DNA of 64,000 nt from a virus (IMGVR_UViG_3300028048_001169:128001-192000); one strand, 5' to 3'. Positions 9,308-19,402 are shown, counted from the stretch's first letter. Translations and numbers: made by a program. Notes: generated from the sequence alone by a model not told the origin.

Positions 9308-10669
9308 TTGAATTTAGAAGAATCACGTATTACGGTTAACTATTCTTATCCTGATAATATGGATTGGGAATACACAGCACACATGGAGCGTATTGACTTT
9401 GATAAAGAATGTGCTTTAGATATAGAAACTGGAAATGGTTTCATTATAGCGCCACCAAAGACAACTATTAAGAAGGATATTAAAGATCCAGATGGAATCT
9501 TTAGTCCTAAATTTGGTCAGAAATTGGGAGATCTAAATCCATTCATTGATCGTTATAGTTGTGAATGTGGTAATTTAAAATCACGTATCAACAATGGTAT
9601 TGAATGTCCTATATGCCATACGAAATGTAAATCTGTTGGTGATAATTTTAAGATGTTTGGATGGATTAAATTGAAACCAGAATACCCAATCATCCATCCA
9701 GATATATATGTAAACCTAGATTCATTCTTTGGACGTTCAAAATATGATAAGAAATCTCGTAATAGAGAAAAGGGGTCGAAGTTAAGAAACATTATCGAAT
9801 ATGATATTCCAATTGATCTGAATGGTAATGAATCTGAATTGATTTCAATCGAAAAACCAGATGAACCTTTCTTTGGAAAAGGAATGATTTATTTCTATAA
9901 TCATTTCGATGAAATTATGCATTATTATTATCAAAAGAATCCTAAGAAGAAAGAACTCTATGATGATATTATGAAAGATAGAGAGAAAGTATTTACACAT
10001 TCTCTACCAGTCTTCACAACACATCTTAGACCAATGGATATATCTTCTGGATCAATGTATTTTGAACGTTGTACAGCGATATATAATATGATGGTAAAGG
10101 AAGCTCATCATGTAAATAGAACTGATACAAAAGCAAATAGAACTCCAAAGGTAAAAGCACAAGAGTTGTTCAAATTACAGATGAAGTTCAACGAATTATA
10201 CACAGAGGTTGTACAAATTCTGAATGGTAAGCGTGGACAACTTAGAATGCTAGTTGGAGGAAGATATAACTTCTCTGCACGATGTGTTATTCGTCAGGAA
10301 CCTTCTTTACGAATTGATTATATCAAATTACCTTATAAAGCTTTAGTTATTATACTAAAAGCTCAGATAGAGAATTTACTCCATAGAATGTATAATATAT
10401 CATTCCAAGAAGCATATGATCGATGGGAACGATCTTTGGACAAGATAGATCCTATTATATTAAAGATTCTAAATTCTCTTATTGAACATGGTCACGTTAA
10501 TCCTGAAACTGGAGAAACAGAACCAGGAATTCCATTTATTATTAATCGAAATCCTACTATCAATTATGGTTCTATTATTCAAGTATTCTGTGTTGGTATT
10601 AATCTAAATGATTTTACCATGGCAATATCTCTCCAGGTATTAAAAGGATTATGTGCTGACTTCGACGGT
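9308..10669 (+). CDS. RNAP beta' N-terminal subunit (putative non-virion), exon 1
   Basis: GIFSPKFG, Zn finger RYSCECG...CPIC, GGRYNFSARCVI, NRNPTI and CADFDG; TTG start with GGAG RBS. Confidence 0.9.
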
Positions 10670-10991
10670 AAACGTAAAAAGTACATTGCCGTCGTTAAAG
10701 CTATCTAACTGCTGGAAACTGCTTAGAGCTTATTCTACCAAAGTGTGACAATGAATAAGATTGGACAATCAGCAACGAAGTCTCTGTATAGAGAAACGCT
10801 CAACGACTATCGAAAAGCAAAGTAATTCGAGAAATACGGTTACAATTGTTAGTAGAGTAGGGCCTAAAATTTAGGTAGGTGAAATTCCTTTAAATCCAAA
10901 CGGTAGCCAATATATGTACGGTAATAGTGCATATATTGAAGATATAGTCTGTGTTATATAGAAATATATAATGTCGTTATAATAAATAACG
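10670..10991 (+). ncRNA. Group I self-splicing intron (IA-like), no ORF
   Basis: 5' splice after the U of GGT; P1 CGACGGT/GCCGTCG; P10 GTACATT/GATGTAC; P3 GCTATC/GGTAGC; P AACTGCTGGAAA; Q AATCAGCA; P7 GACTA/TAGTC within AAGATATAGTCT; P8; P9 TTATATA-GAAA-TATATAA; terminal G at 10991. Splicing restores ADFDGD in frame. Confidence 0.93.
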
Positions 10992-11240
10992 GATGTACTC
11001 AACATCATGCTCCTTATTAACCAAGCATTCTATATTAGAGCATATCAGATATTTAATCCTAGAAATTGTATGTATATTTCTAGATCAAATGGTATGTGTA
11101 ATAAGGATGTATTGCCTCAAAGAGATACACTTATTAATAGTAATACAATTGTCGGATTAGTAAAAGATAAATATTCTCAAGATGACTTGAAGATGATCAC
11201 CAAGCTCTTAGATATTAATCAGGCTAGTCCAGTTCATTAA
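10992..11240 (+). CDS. RNAP beta' N-terminal subunit, exon 2
   Basis: Begins GAT GTA CTC AAC ATC ATG (DVLNIM), in frame with track ORF 11007..11240; supplies the third catalytic Asp. Confidence 0.9.
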   Translation, partial: DVLNIMLLINQAFYIRAYQIFNPRNCMYISRSNGMCNKDVLPQRDTLINSNTIVGLVKDKYSQDDLKMITKLLDINQASPVH

Positions 11241-11252
11241 TGCTTAATAGAT

Positions 11253-11290
11253 AGTGGGAGAGATAGTTTGTCTCCCACTATTTTATTTTT
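11253..11290 (+). terminator. Intrinsic terminator
   Basis: AGTGGGAGA...TCTCCCACT followed by a T tract. Confidence 0.75.
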
Positions 11291-11305
11291 ATGAGGAGGG
11301 ATATT

Positions 11306-12253
11306 ATGGTAGAAGAAAAAGAACCAATATTCACACTTATACATGAATATGATGATCAACGACATACAACATCACAAGTATTAGTTCAAGATACTATTGA
11401 TGATATAGGAGATATATCGTTATGTAGAGATTATCTTGGACAAGAAGTACTTACAAATGTATCTGGTATTGGAGATCAAGATATTAAAGTAAAAACTCCT
11501 GCTGATGAAGAAGGATATAAAATAGAAGATAATATTGTATTCGAATTATCTTTATTAAAGTCAGAAGTAGAACATGGTGGTATTTGTATATGGGAGCGTG
11601 TTAATGCTAATACGACATGTACGTATCAATTAGGTATTCGTAGTATGGACATCAAGTTCCGAGACAATGTATATTATACAGTAGCTGATCATAGTTTTTA
11701 TGCTATGAAAGAAGATGATTATCTAAGCGAACAACGATATGGGCAACCATTATACTATGAAGCTCATATGATTGATGATGATCGAGTGTATATCATAGAC
11801 CATTCAATTAATGAATCTTATGTCATTAATTGTGCAGAAACAGAACCTGAAAAACAAATGGAAATGGAACTAATACCAGTAACAGATCTTAGTGGTCCGG
11901 ATATTAAGAATAATTATAATTTGATGCTGCATGGTGATCATTATAATATCTTTTATCGTGGATATGAAAACATGGTAAACTATTATAATTTACGTGGTGG
12001 TGAATTATTCTACTGTAAATATATTGATTATGGGGAAAATGGATATTACAGTAGTATTTATAAAGTCCCTGTTGTGTCAATGGTAGGAAAAACTATCATG
12101 GATTCTGATAACTATCACCCATATTGTATCGAATCATGGGAGATAACAGATAATATATCTGGTTTTAGGTGCCATAAAAAGGAGTATGTGATTCTTACAA
12201 ACGAAGAAGAAATTGAATTTGTAAAAACAAATATCGAGAATCATATATTATAA
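11306..12253 (+). CDS. Hypothetical protein
   Basis: GAGGAGG RBS before ATG 11306; ~315 aa, acidic and Tyr-rich. Confidence 0.7.
   Translation: MVEEKEPIFTLIHEYDDQRHTTSQVLVQDTIDDIGDISLCRDYLGQEVLTNVSGIGDQDIKVKTPADEEGYKIEDNIVFELSLLKSEVEHGGICIWERVNANTTCTYQLGIRSMDIKFRDNVYYTVADHSFYAMKEDDYLSEQRYGQPLYYEAHMIDDDRVYIIDHSINESYVINCAETEPEKQMEMELIPVTDLSGPDIKNNYNLMLHGDHYNIFYRGYENMVNYYNLRGGELFYCKYIDYGENGYYSSIYKVPVVSMVGKTIMDSDNYHPYCIESWEITDNISGFRCHKKEYVILTNEEEIEFVKTNIENHIL
12239..12252 (+). promoter_or_regulatory. Early promoter heading the accessory small-gene block
   Basis: AATCATATATTATA. Confidence 0.7.
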
Positions 12254-12304
12254 AAGAGTAGCATATATGTAGTTATTTTTTAATCACTAGAAAGGAAACA
12301 AAAA

Positions 12305-12604
12305 ATGAGTAAAGCAGGTAAGTTAGCAATTGTAGCATTGGGATTAGGAGTTGCAAATGTAGTAGTAAATGCAATTGTGGTGAAGAAACTCCATGATCAT
12401 CACGGTATCAATGAGTATTTACTAGGCAAATCGGAAGCACAGGATGATGTGATTGATAGTATCTATCACAGAATGGTAGATGACACTACCTCTATACCAT
12501 ATCCTAAGTTTGATATGAAGAATCTTATGAAAGATTTTCCATTAGATGTTGAAGATGATACCGATGACGATGAAGATGATCTTTATGAAGAAGATGATGA
12601 TTAA
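12305..12604 (+). CDS. Small membrane-anchored protein with acidic tail
   Basis: N-terminal hydrophobic segment; C-terminal DDTDDDEDDLYEEDDD. Confidence 0.7.
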   Translation: MSKAGKLAIVALGLGVANVVVNAIVVKKLHDHHGINEYLLGKSEAQDDVIDSIYHRMVDDTTSIPYPKFDMKNLMKDFPLDVEDDTDDDEDDLYEEDDD

Positions 12605-12654
12605 TATCTTTGAGGATCTCTAGAATCACAGAATGGATAGGAGGTAATAACTAG

Positions 12655-13053
12655 ATGCTAGAACATGAACCAGAATATATAGACAGATTAAAATTAATAC
12701 CAGATAGATGTGATTATGATGATCTAGTAGCTGTCTCAGTAGATCAAATTTTCCATGAAGAAGTTGCGGATGTAGTGGAGCGAGAAAAATATGATCTATT
12801 AAAATTAGCGTATGATACATTAAGACGTGCACTATCATGTAATAGATCTATTGTTATTCCGGAAGGAGCAACTTTCGGAGATATGTTTATGGCTATGTTT
12901 CCAAACTGCAAAGTTTCTGAACATGATGTACATGGTTATATGGAAATGAAATGTGGTGTAGATGTAATAATTGCTTCTGAATATCGATATTACTCAACGT
13001 GGATTCCTTCTAGTTTGTGGAACGCACCATACAAAATAGAAAGTGAGGAATAA
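12655..13053 (+). CDS. Hypothetical protein (accessory)
   Basis: GGAGG RBS; ends WNAPYKIESEE on a boundary repeat. Confidence 0.65.
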   Translation: MLEHEPEYIDRLKLIPDRCDYDDLVAVSVDQIFHEEVADVVEREKYDLLKLAYDTLRRALSCNRSIVIPEGATFGDMFMAMFPNCKVSEHDVHGYMEMKCGVDVIIASEYRYYSTWIPSSLWNAPYKIESEE

Positions 13054-13056
13054 GAT

Positions 13057-13389
13057 ATGAAGAAATTGTTTATTTCACAGCCTATGAAAGGTAAAACAGA
13101 TGAAGAAATCGAGGCTGAAAGAGAAAAGGTTATTGCTTCTGTAAAGGGAGCATTGGGTGAAGATGTAGAGGTTATTGATAATTTCTTTGATATAATCCGT
13201 TCATATGATGTGAGACCATTGTGGTTTTTAGGCAAGTCTTTGCAGCTGCTATCAACCGCAGATATAGCATATTTTGCAGAAGGATGGGAAGATGCTAGAG
13301 GCTGTAAGATCGAGCATCAGTGTGCAGATGAATATGGCATTCCATTAATCATTGAAGACTATGCAGAGCAGAAAGAAAGTGAGGAATAA
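13057..13389 (+). CDS. DUF4406-like (nucleoside deoxyribosyltransferase-like fold) protein
   Basis: KLFISQPMKGKTDEEI...LWFLGKSLQLLSTADIAYF..GWEDARGCKIEH. Confidence 0.7.
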   Translation: MKKLFISQPMKGKTDEEIEAEREKVIASVKGALGEDVEVIDNFFDIIRSYDVRPLWFLGKSLQLLSTADIAYFAEGWEDARGCKIEHQCADEYGIPLIIEDYAEQKESEE

Positions 13390-13392
13390 TAT

Positions 13393-13665
13393 ATGAAAGT
13401 AAATATATGCGGAATACTACACACTGTAATCGAGTGTGATGATAAATTTAATGCACATTTCGGTCAGATAGATTATAAGGCTTGTGAGATCAGGATTAAT
13501 AAAGACATGACACAGGAGGCTAAAGAAGAGACATTGTGTCATGAGATGGTACATGGCATATTTGCTCATCTTGGTTATGATGATTATGATGCAAATGAAC
13601 AGTTAGTACAAGCATTGGGAAATGCTATATACCAGGGTTTCAAAGTCAAGACGATAGAAGAATGA
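13393..13665 (+). CDS. Small HExxH putative metallopeptidase-like protein
   Basis: GQIDY...IRIN...ETLCHEMVH...NEQLV. Confidence 0.6.
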   Translation: MKVNICGILHTVIECDDKFNAHFGQIDYKACEIRINKDMTQEAKEETLCHEMVHGIFAHLGYDDYDANEQLVQALGNAIYQGFKVKTIEE

Positions 13666-13725
13666 TAATCAGACTTGCTAGTGTGCATCATTGGTCATAT
13701 TGATCAGTAGAAAGAGAGGATAAAA

Positions 13726-13935
13726 ATGAAAGAAATGAAAGTTTATCGTGTATTTAAGTTTAATCCATTTGGAAAAGAAGAACTTGTAGGAATTGCTAAA
13801 ACAGAGAAAGGTGCATTAGCAATTTTAAAGAGAGAGTTTCCGTATATGAGAGGTAAGATCGAAAATAAAGATCTTAGATCAGATGCTCAAGCTACATACT
13901 GTCGCGATGTGCGAGAGGTAAAGGTAGAAGATTAA
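13726..13935 (+). CDS. Hypothetical protein
   Basis: GAGG RBS, 69 aa. Confidence 0.6.
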   Translation: MKEMKVYRVFKFNPFGKEELVGIAKTEKGALAILKREFPYMRGKIENKDLRSDAQATYCRDVREVKVED

Positions 13936-13975
13936 AACTTGTTGGAAACGACATGTTCAAAAGCGAGGATAAATA

Positions 13976-14227
13976 ATGGAAAAATCAGAAGCAACCTATC
14001 AGTATTGTGAAGAAGCACATGGTAATGGAATGTTTTTCATTACGGATTGTTGTGGAAACAGAATGTATAGTGTTGATAATAACCCTATGAAATATCATGG
14101 GTGCTTATGCCCGAAATGTTTCAATGTTGATAATAAAACAGTGACGTTGTATTTACGTGGAACACCAGAAGGCATAAGAGTGTTTAATGAACGTGCTATG
14201 AAAGCAGAAAGCGAGGTAAGGAAATGA
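13976..14227 (+). CDS. Cys-rich hypothetical protein
   Basis: TDCCG...LCPKC; ends on a boundary repeat. Confidence 0.6.
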   Translation: MEKSEATYQYCEEAHGNGMFFITDCCGNRMYSVDNNPMKYHGCLCPKCFNVDNKTVTLYLRGTPEGIRVFNERAMKAESEVRK

Positions 14228-14394
14228 CAAGATTTAGTTCATTTACTGACAAAGAGTTAGATGTTATAGAAGAAGCATTTTATATCCAAGGGGTACTGCT
14301 TCTCGTTGAGGAAGTCGAAAGAGAGAAAAATTTCAGAATCAGAGAAAGCAGAAAGCGAGGTAAGGAAATTACAAGGGATGAAAGCGATTGTTAA
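14224..14394 (+). CDS. Small hypothetical protein, not in the ORF track
   Basis: ATGA overlap with the previous stop, GAGG RBS; MTRFSSFTDKELDVIEEAF... Confidence 0.5.
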   Translation: MTRFSSFTDKELDVIEEAFYIQGVLLLVEEVEREKNFRIRESRKRGKEITRDESDC

Positions 14395-14638
14395 TTTGCC
14401 AAAAGATGTGCTAGAACATCCGCATAATTATTGTTGCTATGCAGTTGCAGATCAAATAAAGGGAAATTACACACCTATTTCACAGACTGAAATAACAGAG
14501 GGTGAATTAGCAGAGTTCCTTAATAAGCTGAATAATCTTGCCAGCGACTATGGATTAGTCGTTGGTGGGTATCAGCAGGAGGAAGAAATGCTGCAACTGT
14601 TGATGATTAAGACTATTGAAGAGAAAGGAAAGGAATAA
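14378..14638 (+). CDS. Hypothetical protein
   Basis: Likely start MKAIV within track ORF 14306..14638. Confidence 0.5.
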   Translation: MKAIVNLPKDVLEHPHNYCCYAVADQIKGNYTPISQTEITEGELAEFLNKLNNLASDYGLVVGGYQQEEEMLQLLMIKTIEEKGKE

Positions 14639-14642
14639 AATA

Positions 14643-14762
14643 ATGAAGAGATTCTATATAACACCAAGTATATTTTGGGAAACAAATGACAATGGAGTAG
14701 GAAAGTTTACGATTGCGTGGTTATAGATTTATTTGGATATTAACTATCGTAAAAAGAAATGA
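14643..14762 (+). pseudogene. Small ORF with in-frame TAG at 14724
   Basis: MKRFYITPSIFWETNDNGVGKFTIAWL*IYLDINYRKKK*, with an RBS. Confidence 0.35.
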
Positions 14763-14797
14763 TGATTAATTCATAGATTGGATAAGGAGGAATTCTG

Positions 14798-15193
14798 ATG
14801 GTTGTTGTACCTGGATGGATGGCTATTTTAATTGGTTGTCTTTTAATAGCATTGATCATTGCTTTTTGTGCAACTATTTATTATTACTATGATATCGACA
14901 AATCTAATGCTGAAGTTCTAAAATCTGTCAAGGATGTATGTAAGATAAATGATAAGATTATTGATAATTATAACGATTATATTGATATAACAGATAAGGA
15001 GATAAAGCTATTAAAATCATTAATCGATACATCTAATAATGTTGCTGATAGTCATAGTAAAGAAATTGACTTACTATCCGAAAGGATAAATACATTAAAA
15101 TCCTTAATTGATATGGATCATGAGTCGATTAAAAATCTATCAGAACGTAGCATCTCGCTTGGTGAAAATCTAGAGAGGGATGAATGTGTTTGA
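14798..15193 (+). CDS. Membrane-anchored coiled-coil protein
   Basis: N-terminal TM segment, heptad repeats, AGGAGG RBS. Confidence 0.7.
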   Translation: MVVVPGWMAILIGCLLIALIIAFCATIYYYYDIDKSNAEVLKSVKDVCKINDKIIDNYNDYIDITDKEIKLLKSLIDTSNNVADSHSKEIDLLSERINTLKSLIDMDHESIKNLSERSISLGENLERDECV

Positions 15194-15220
15194 TTTTAAC
15201 AAGAATAGTGAGGATAAGAT

Positions 15221-15382
15221 ATGACAGATAAAGAAAAACAAATCAATGCGCAGGTGATTGCTATAAGAGCAAACTTGCATGATATCATGAAAGATATTGA
15301 GCCGAAAGGACTATATAACAAGTTGGTTGGTCTTGATAGGCAAGTATACAAGATAAGAGAGATTGTAAAAGCTGAGGATTAA
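15221..15382 (+). CDS. Small hypothetical protein, not in the ORF track
   Basis: GAGG RBS; MTDKEKQINAQ...KAED. Confidence 0.55.
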   Translation: MTDKEKQINAQVIAIRANLHDIMKDIEPKGLYNKLVGLDRQVYKIREIVKAED

Positions 15383-15402
15383 TATAGAAGAAAGGGGTAT
15401 GT

Positions 15403-15951
15403 ATGATTCATTGCAAGGAAACAAGATCAATGCTTAAACCAATTGAAAAACTCATCTATGATAATATTAAAAATCATTTTTTAAGATTATGGTTTGTTAC
15501 TGATAAACGTGCAAGAGATTTAGCAGACACAGTTGTAATTCATGGATGTAATTCCGATACATATCGTGACATTGGTATCTATAATGCATATATTTCTAAA
15601 AAATATGGTGTTGATGTGTTTGATTGTTGTCCTGATATTGAGACAATAGAAGCAATGTATAATATGTTCGCAATGGTTGAAGACACATCTGATGTAGTTG
15701 CCGATCAAGAGGAACCGGAAATTATTAATTATAAAGCTTGCTGGGAAGCTCTACAAGATCATGTTGATCATGTCATTGATCGGTTAAGTGAGAATAAGGA
15801 GAGTTCACGCAACGCTTCAGAATTATTATCATCGTATCTTGATATCAGTAACCAGATGAAATTCATCGAAGAGTCAGATCTCAACTCTCATTGGTCTAAA
15901 CTATCAACTGCTGATAAGATCAAAGCACTGCAGAATATAGATATACGGTAG
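15403..15951 (+). CDS. Hypothetical protein
   Basis: 182-aa ORF in the operon. Confidence 0.65.
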   Translation: MIHCKETRSMLKPIEKLIYDNIKNHFLRLWFVTDKRARDLADTVVIHGCNSDTYRDIGIYNAYISKKYGVDVFDCCPDIETIEAMYNMFAMVEDTSDVVADQEEPEIINYKACWEALQDHVDHVIDRLSENKESSRNASELLSSYLDISNQMKFIEESDLNSHWSKLSTADKIKALQNIDIR

Positions 15952-15969
15952 AAAGGAGAATATGATAAT

Positions 15970-16182
15970 ATGGCAAGAGAAGAACAAATGATGTTATATT
16001 GTCCGATATGTGGTGCAGAAAACAAAGTATCAACATACAAACGTTATCATCGCAAAGAAATAATTCCAACACATCTTCGTGTTTCGGATACAAGAGAATA
16101 CGAAACACTAGTTGCTGATATATTTTGTTTATCTTGTAAACACAATATTTCAATAAAGGGAGATAATAAGTTATATGGTTGA
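15970..16182 (+). CDS. Zn-ribbon protein
   Basis: YCPICG...FCLSC. Confidence 0.6.
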   Translation: MAREEQMMLYCPICGAENKVSTYKRYHRKEIIPTHLRVSDTREYETLVADIFCLSCKHNISIKGDNKLYG

Positions 16183-16453
16183 TAAAGTATACTGCCCAAT
16201 CTGTGGGAAAGAAGCAAAGACACGTCATGTTGAAACATCTTTTCCATTACTTATTGATCCAAATGATATGTATTACGATCTTACCATGACAGGATCTGTC
16301 AAATTTACTGAAAGGACAGATATATCTGGAACAGTTGTTTGTATGGATCCTGATTGTAGTTGGGAAACAAATTTCAAATATACAGAAGAACGAACTGGTA
16401 CGCTTTCTAGGAAGAGTATAGGTTCAAAAGTTGAGGTAGTTTATGACAAATAA
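16175..16453 (+). CDS. Zn-ribbon protein
   Basis: YCPICG...CMDPDC. Confidence 0.6.
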   Translation: MVDKVYCPICGKEAKTRHVETSFPLLIDPNDMYYDLTMTGSVKFTERTDISGTVVCMDPDCSWETNFKYTEERTGTLSRKSIGSKVEVVYDK

Positions 16454-16652
16454 AGAGATGAAAGAACAATCATTAAACTCCTATAATTCGAGGAGTTTAC
16501 TACCGGAGGGTAAGATGAAGGAAGATTCAACTCTCGATAAAGTAAGAGTTGAATTGGAGAAGCAAGAGAAATGGCTAGCAGAAGCAGGATATAACGCCTA
16601 CAATGTTAGCATAGCATTCAATTCAATAAGATTAGCAGCAACTGAAAAATAA
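16443..16652 (+). CDS. Hypothetical protein
   Basis: Overlapping start, RBS; terminator at 16688-16730. Confidence 0.55.
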   Translation: MTNKEMKEQSLNSYNSRSLLPEGKMKEDSTLDKVRVELEKQEKWLAEAGYNAYNVSIAFNSIRLAATEK

Positions 16653-16815
16653 TAAACATGGGTGCTTGAGAAACAACGGCTGTAAATAAAAGATAGTACC
16701 GTTTATTGGTACTATCTTTTATTTTTTTATTTTCTTATAGCAAACTAATGAATAGATAATGTAAAATTTTGATAAATCACATCTCTATAATATCAATAAA
16801 GGAGGATATTAGAAT

Positions 16816-17634
16816 ATGAATAAATTTGAAGAAATGTATAAAGATAATAATACATTATTACCATCACCATATGATGGAAGAGATTATCATTTGGATTCTT
16901 TAATTCCTAGAGGATCAATGGAGATCCCAGATACATATGAGACGGAGCGTACTCCATTTATTTATGACCAGGGTAACTCAAATGAATGTGCTGCTTGTTC
17001 TTATAATACTATTCGCTTCTTACAGGAAGCAGATATAGAGAATGGCGGTTCAGGTATTCCTGATAAGTTTGCTCCTAGCTTTAATTATGCTAACCGCCCA
17101 GTAGGAGAAGATTTTGAGGGTATGTATTTAAGAACAGTTTGTTCAAAAGGTCGTGAAGGATCTATTCCTTGGAATGTCTTCCCTGGGTTCTATAATTATG
17201 CAAAGTGTAAGATGGAATTCTATAATAATAAAGATAAGTGGTTAGAAATGGCATCTGATTTTGCTATCACATCATTCTACCAGTGTACACATAGAGAACA
17301 GATGCAACAAGCTATTATGGAATGCAAAGGTATTATTGCTGGTATTCCTGTGTATGATTCTCTATACAATGTCGGTCCAGATGGCATTATTCATTATGAT
17401 CCATCAACTGATACAAAGAATCACGGTGGACATGCAATCACTTTGGTTGGATGGAAGAAAGATGAAGATGGTAAGATGTGGTGGAGAATGCAGAATTCTT
17501 GGGGAGAAGACTGGGCAGATCATGGTAGAGCTTGGTTACCAGAATCATATCCATTTATTGAGAATCCTTGGGCTGTTGTAGATTATAATATATCTACAAA
17601 GTGGGAAGAATACCGAGCAAAGTATAATCTTTAA
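16816..17634 (+). CDS. Papain-like (C1) cysteine peptidase
   Basis: DQGNSNECAA (Q/C), GGHAITLVGW (H), QNSWG (N). Confidence 0.88.
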   Translation: MNKFEEMYKDNNTLLPSPYDGRDYHLDSLIPRGSMEIPDTYETERTPFIYDQGNSNECAACSYNTIRFLQEADIENGGSGIPDKFAPSFNYANRPVGEDFEGMYLRTVCSKGREGSIPWNVFPGFYNYAKCKMEFYNNKDKWLEMASDFAITSFYQCTHREQMQQAIMECKGIIAGIPVYDSLYNVGPDGIIHYDPSTDTKNHGGHAITLVGWKKDEDGKMWWRMQNSWGEDWADHGRAWLPESYPFIENPWAVVDYNISTKWEEYRAKYNL

Positions 17635-17642
17635 TACAAAAA

Positions 17643-17670
17643 GCCCAGTAGGATATAATTCCTACTGGGT
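17643..17670. terminator. Bidirectional terminator of the CCCAGTAGG family
   Basis: CCCAGTAGGA...TCCTACTGGG between convergent genes. Confidence 0.8.
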
Positions 17671-17676
17671 ATTTTC

Positions 17677-17967
17677 TTATGCTAAAATATATAAACAAAA
17701 TGCGATTGTATAGTGTAGAATTTGATCTACTAATATATCAATCTTTTTATACCGAGCTTTCATTGCATCAATATAAAAATGCGTTGCTAGTAATACAAGT
17801 AACCTATAATCGTATCCATATAAGAATGCAAATGGTAAGCAGTACAACATACAGTGTGCAAATAATAAGTACCAGTCTTTTCCTTTATTACTAGCTAAGT
17901 AATCATCTTGCAAGAAATAGTCTCCAATAAAATGACATAATACGAGACGAAATATATTCATAATCAT
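17677..17967 (-). CDS. DUF3307-like membrane protein
   Basis: HFIGDYFLQ...K...LFAHC..Y...HFYID...DQILH. Confidence 0.8.
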   Translation of the reverse strand: MIMNIFRLVLCHFIGDYFLQDDYLASNKGKDWYLLFAHCMLYCLPFAFLYGYDYRLLVLLATHFYIDAMKARYKKIDILVDQILHYTIAFCLYILA

Positions 17968-17989
17968 ATCATATTCTCCTTAATAATAT

Positions 17990-19402
17990 TTATACATCCA
18001 TTGGATTATCTTTATCTAATTCTGAAACTAGCATCTCTTTTTCACCAGCTTCTGGTACTACCTTATTATCAATAGCATCTTTTGCAGCTTCCTTCTCGTT
18101 CTTAATTGTTTCTTCCATTAAGAAACACTTATCAACAATTCGTTGCTGCTGTCTAAGATCTAATTTACAGAACTCCTCAAGTGATACTGGAGCTACAGAG
18201 CAATGATCTAATTTCTCTATAAAATCTTCCGTCTCTTTAAGCAAAATATCATCAGCAATAGCTTTCTTAAATACATCTGTTTCACCAGCAGAATGCTGAG
18301 TCTTCATACTGCAAAGAGAAATATCATGAGCATTGAATAACTTCTCTCCCTTTACAATGCATGGTAAATCATCAGACTCATGTAACTTCTCCTGTTGTTC
18401 TGCTTTATTCTTAGCATTCTGGCGAGTATCAGCAGATTCATAAGTAAATCCACGATTAAACATATCTCCACCGATCTTTAAGATATTGGTAGCAAGATCA
18501 ACCATATCTTTACCAGTTGCTGCTTCAATACGCTTCCAGTTATTAATATATGTACCAGAATAAGCATAAAGCATCATCTCTAAGAATACTGGGTATAGTT
18601 CTAATGCAAAGTGAGATCCTTTTCCATATAAGTATAACCAACGCTCCACAAATACATCTGTGGTTAACTGAGGCATCTTAAATGTCTTAGCTAAAGATGT
18701 TATGAATGTATGAATATTCTCAAAATCATCTTCTGCTACATAATAATAGTCAGCAGATTTAGCATCATTCATACTCATATGCATCATAGCCATAGATACA
18801 GATCTTGCCATTGATAAATCTAATCGCATAACGTTGTATCCGAAGTATACACCAAAGATATACAGAATACGATCACGATTCTGCATATAAGGAGTTAAAC
18901 GTAAGAAATCCATTAATCCACCAGCTAACTTCATAAAAGAAGATACAGAGTACTTCTGAATATTACCATTTCTGATTAATGCTTTTGTATCATTATAATA
19001 GATTTGCTGAGCTAATACTCCTAATAAATAAGTGGAGAACTTATCAATCTCTTTGCAATAGAATTGACCATTATCAAAACGAATCAATCCTGTTACATCT
19101 ACAAAGACACGATGCTTTTTATTAGCTTTTGGATCTTTTGCATAGAATACTTTAAAAGTAGCAGGTAATTCCTTATTATGTAATAAGAGAACAATATTAC
19201 CCTGCTCCAGCATACGATATACAACAGCAGAAGTAACACGAGACTTTAATGCTTCTCTTATGGGAGCAAATGCTGGATCTGCGTAATTAATACGTTGAGC
19301 ATTTAATAAAAAATCTAATAACTGTTTTTCAACCGTACCACCTTCTGCATTTACAATGCCATATAAGTAGCAATCGGCAAAATTCTTTGGTTTATTTATC
19401 AT
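17990..19402 (-). CDS. Hypothetical protein, probably virion/head
   Basis: 470 aa; late promoter on the minus strand at 19445-19456. Confidence 0.6.
   Translation of the reverse strand: MINKPKNFADCYLYGIVNAEGGTVEKQLLDFLLNAQRINYADPAFAPIREALKSRVTSAVVYRMLEQGNIVLLLHNKELPATFKVFYAKDPKANKKHRVFVDVTGLIRFDNGQFYCKEIDKFSTYLLGVLAQQIYYNDTKALIRNGNIQKYSVSSFMKLAGGLMDFLRLTPYMQNRDRILYIFGVYFGYNVMRLDLSMARSVSMAMMHMSMNDAKSADYYYVAEDDFENIHTFITSLAKTFKMPQLTTDVFVERWLYLYGKGSHFALELYPVFLEMMLYAYSGTYINNWKRIEAATGKDMVDLATNILKIGGDMFNRGFTYESADTRQNAKNKAEQQEKLHESDDLPCIVKGEKLFNAHDISLCSMKTQHSAGETDVFKKAIADDILLKETEDFIEKLDHCSVAPVSLEEFCKLDLRQQQRIVDKCFLMEETIKNEKEAAKDAIDNKVVPEAGEKEMLVSELDKDNPMDV

Noticed and set aside
10670-10991. Intron-encoded homing endonuclease
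   Set aside because: The intron is only 322 nt and has no ORF beyond a 12-codon read-in.
11007-11240. Independent 77-aa gene
   Set aside because: No RBS; it is exon 2 of the RNAP beta'-N gene.
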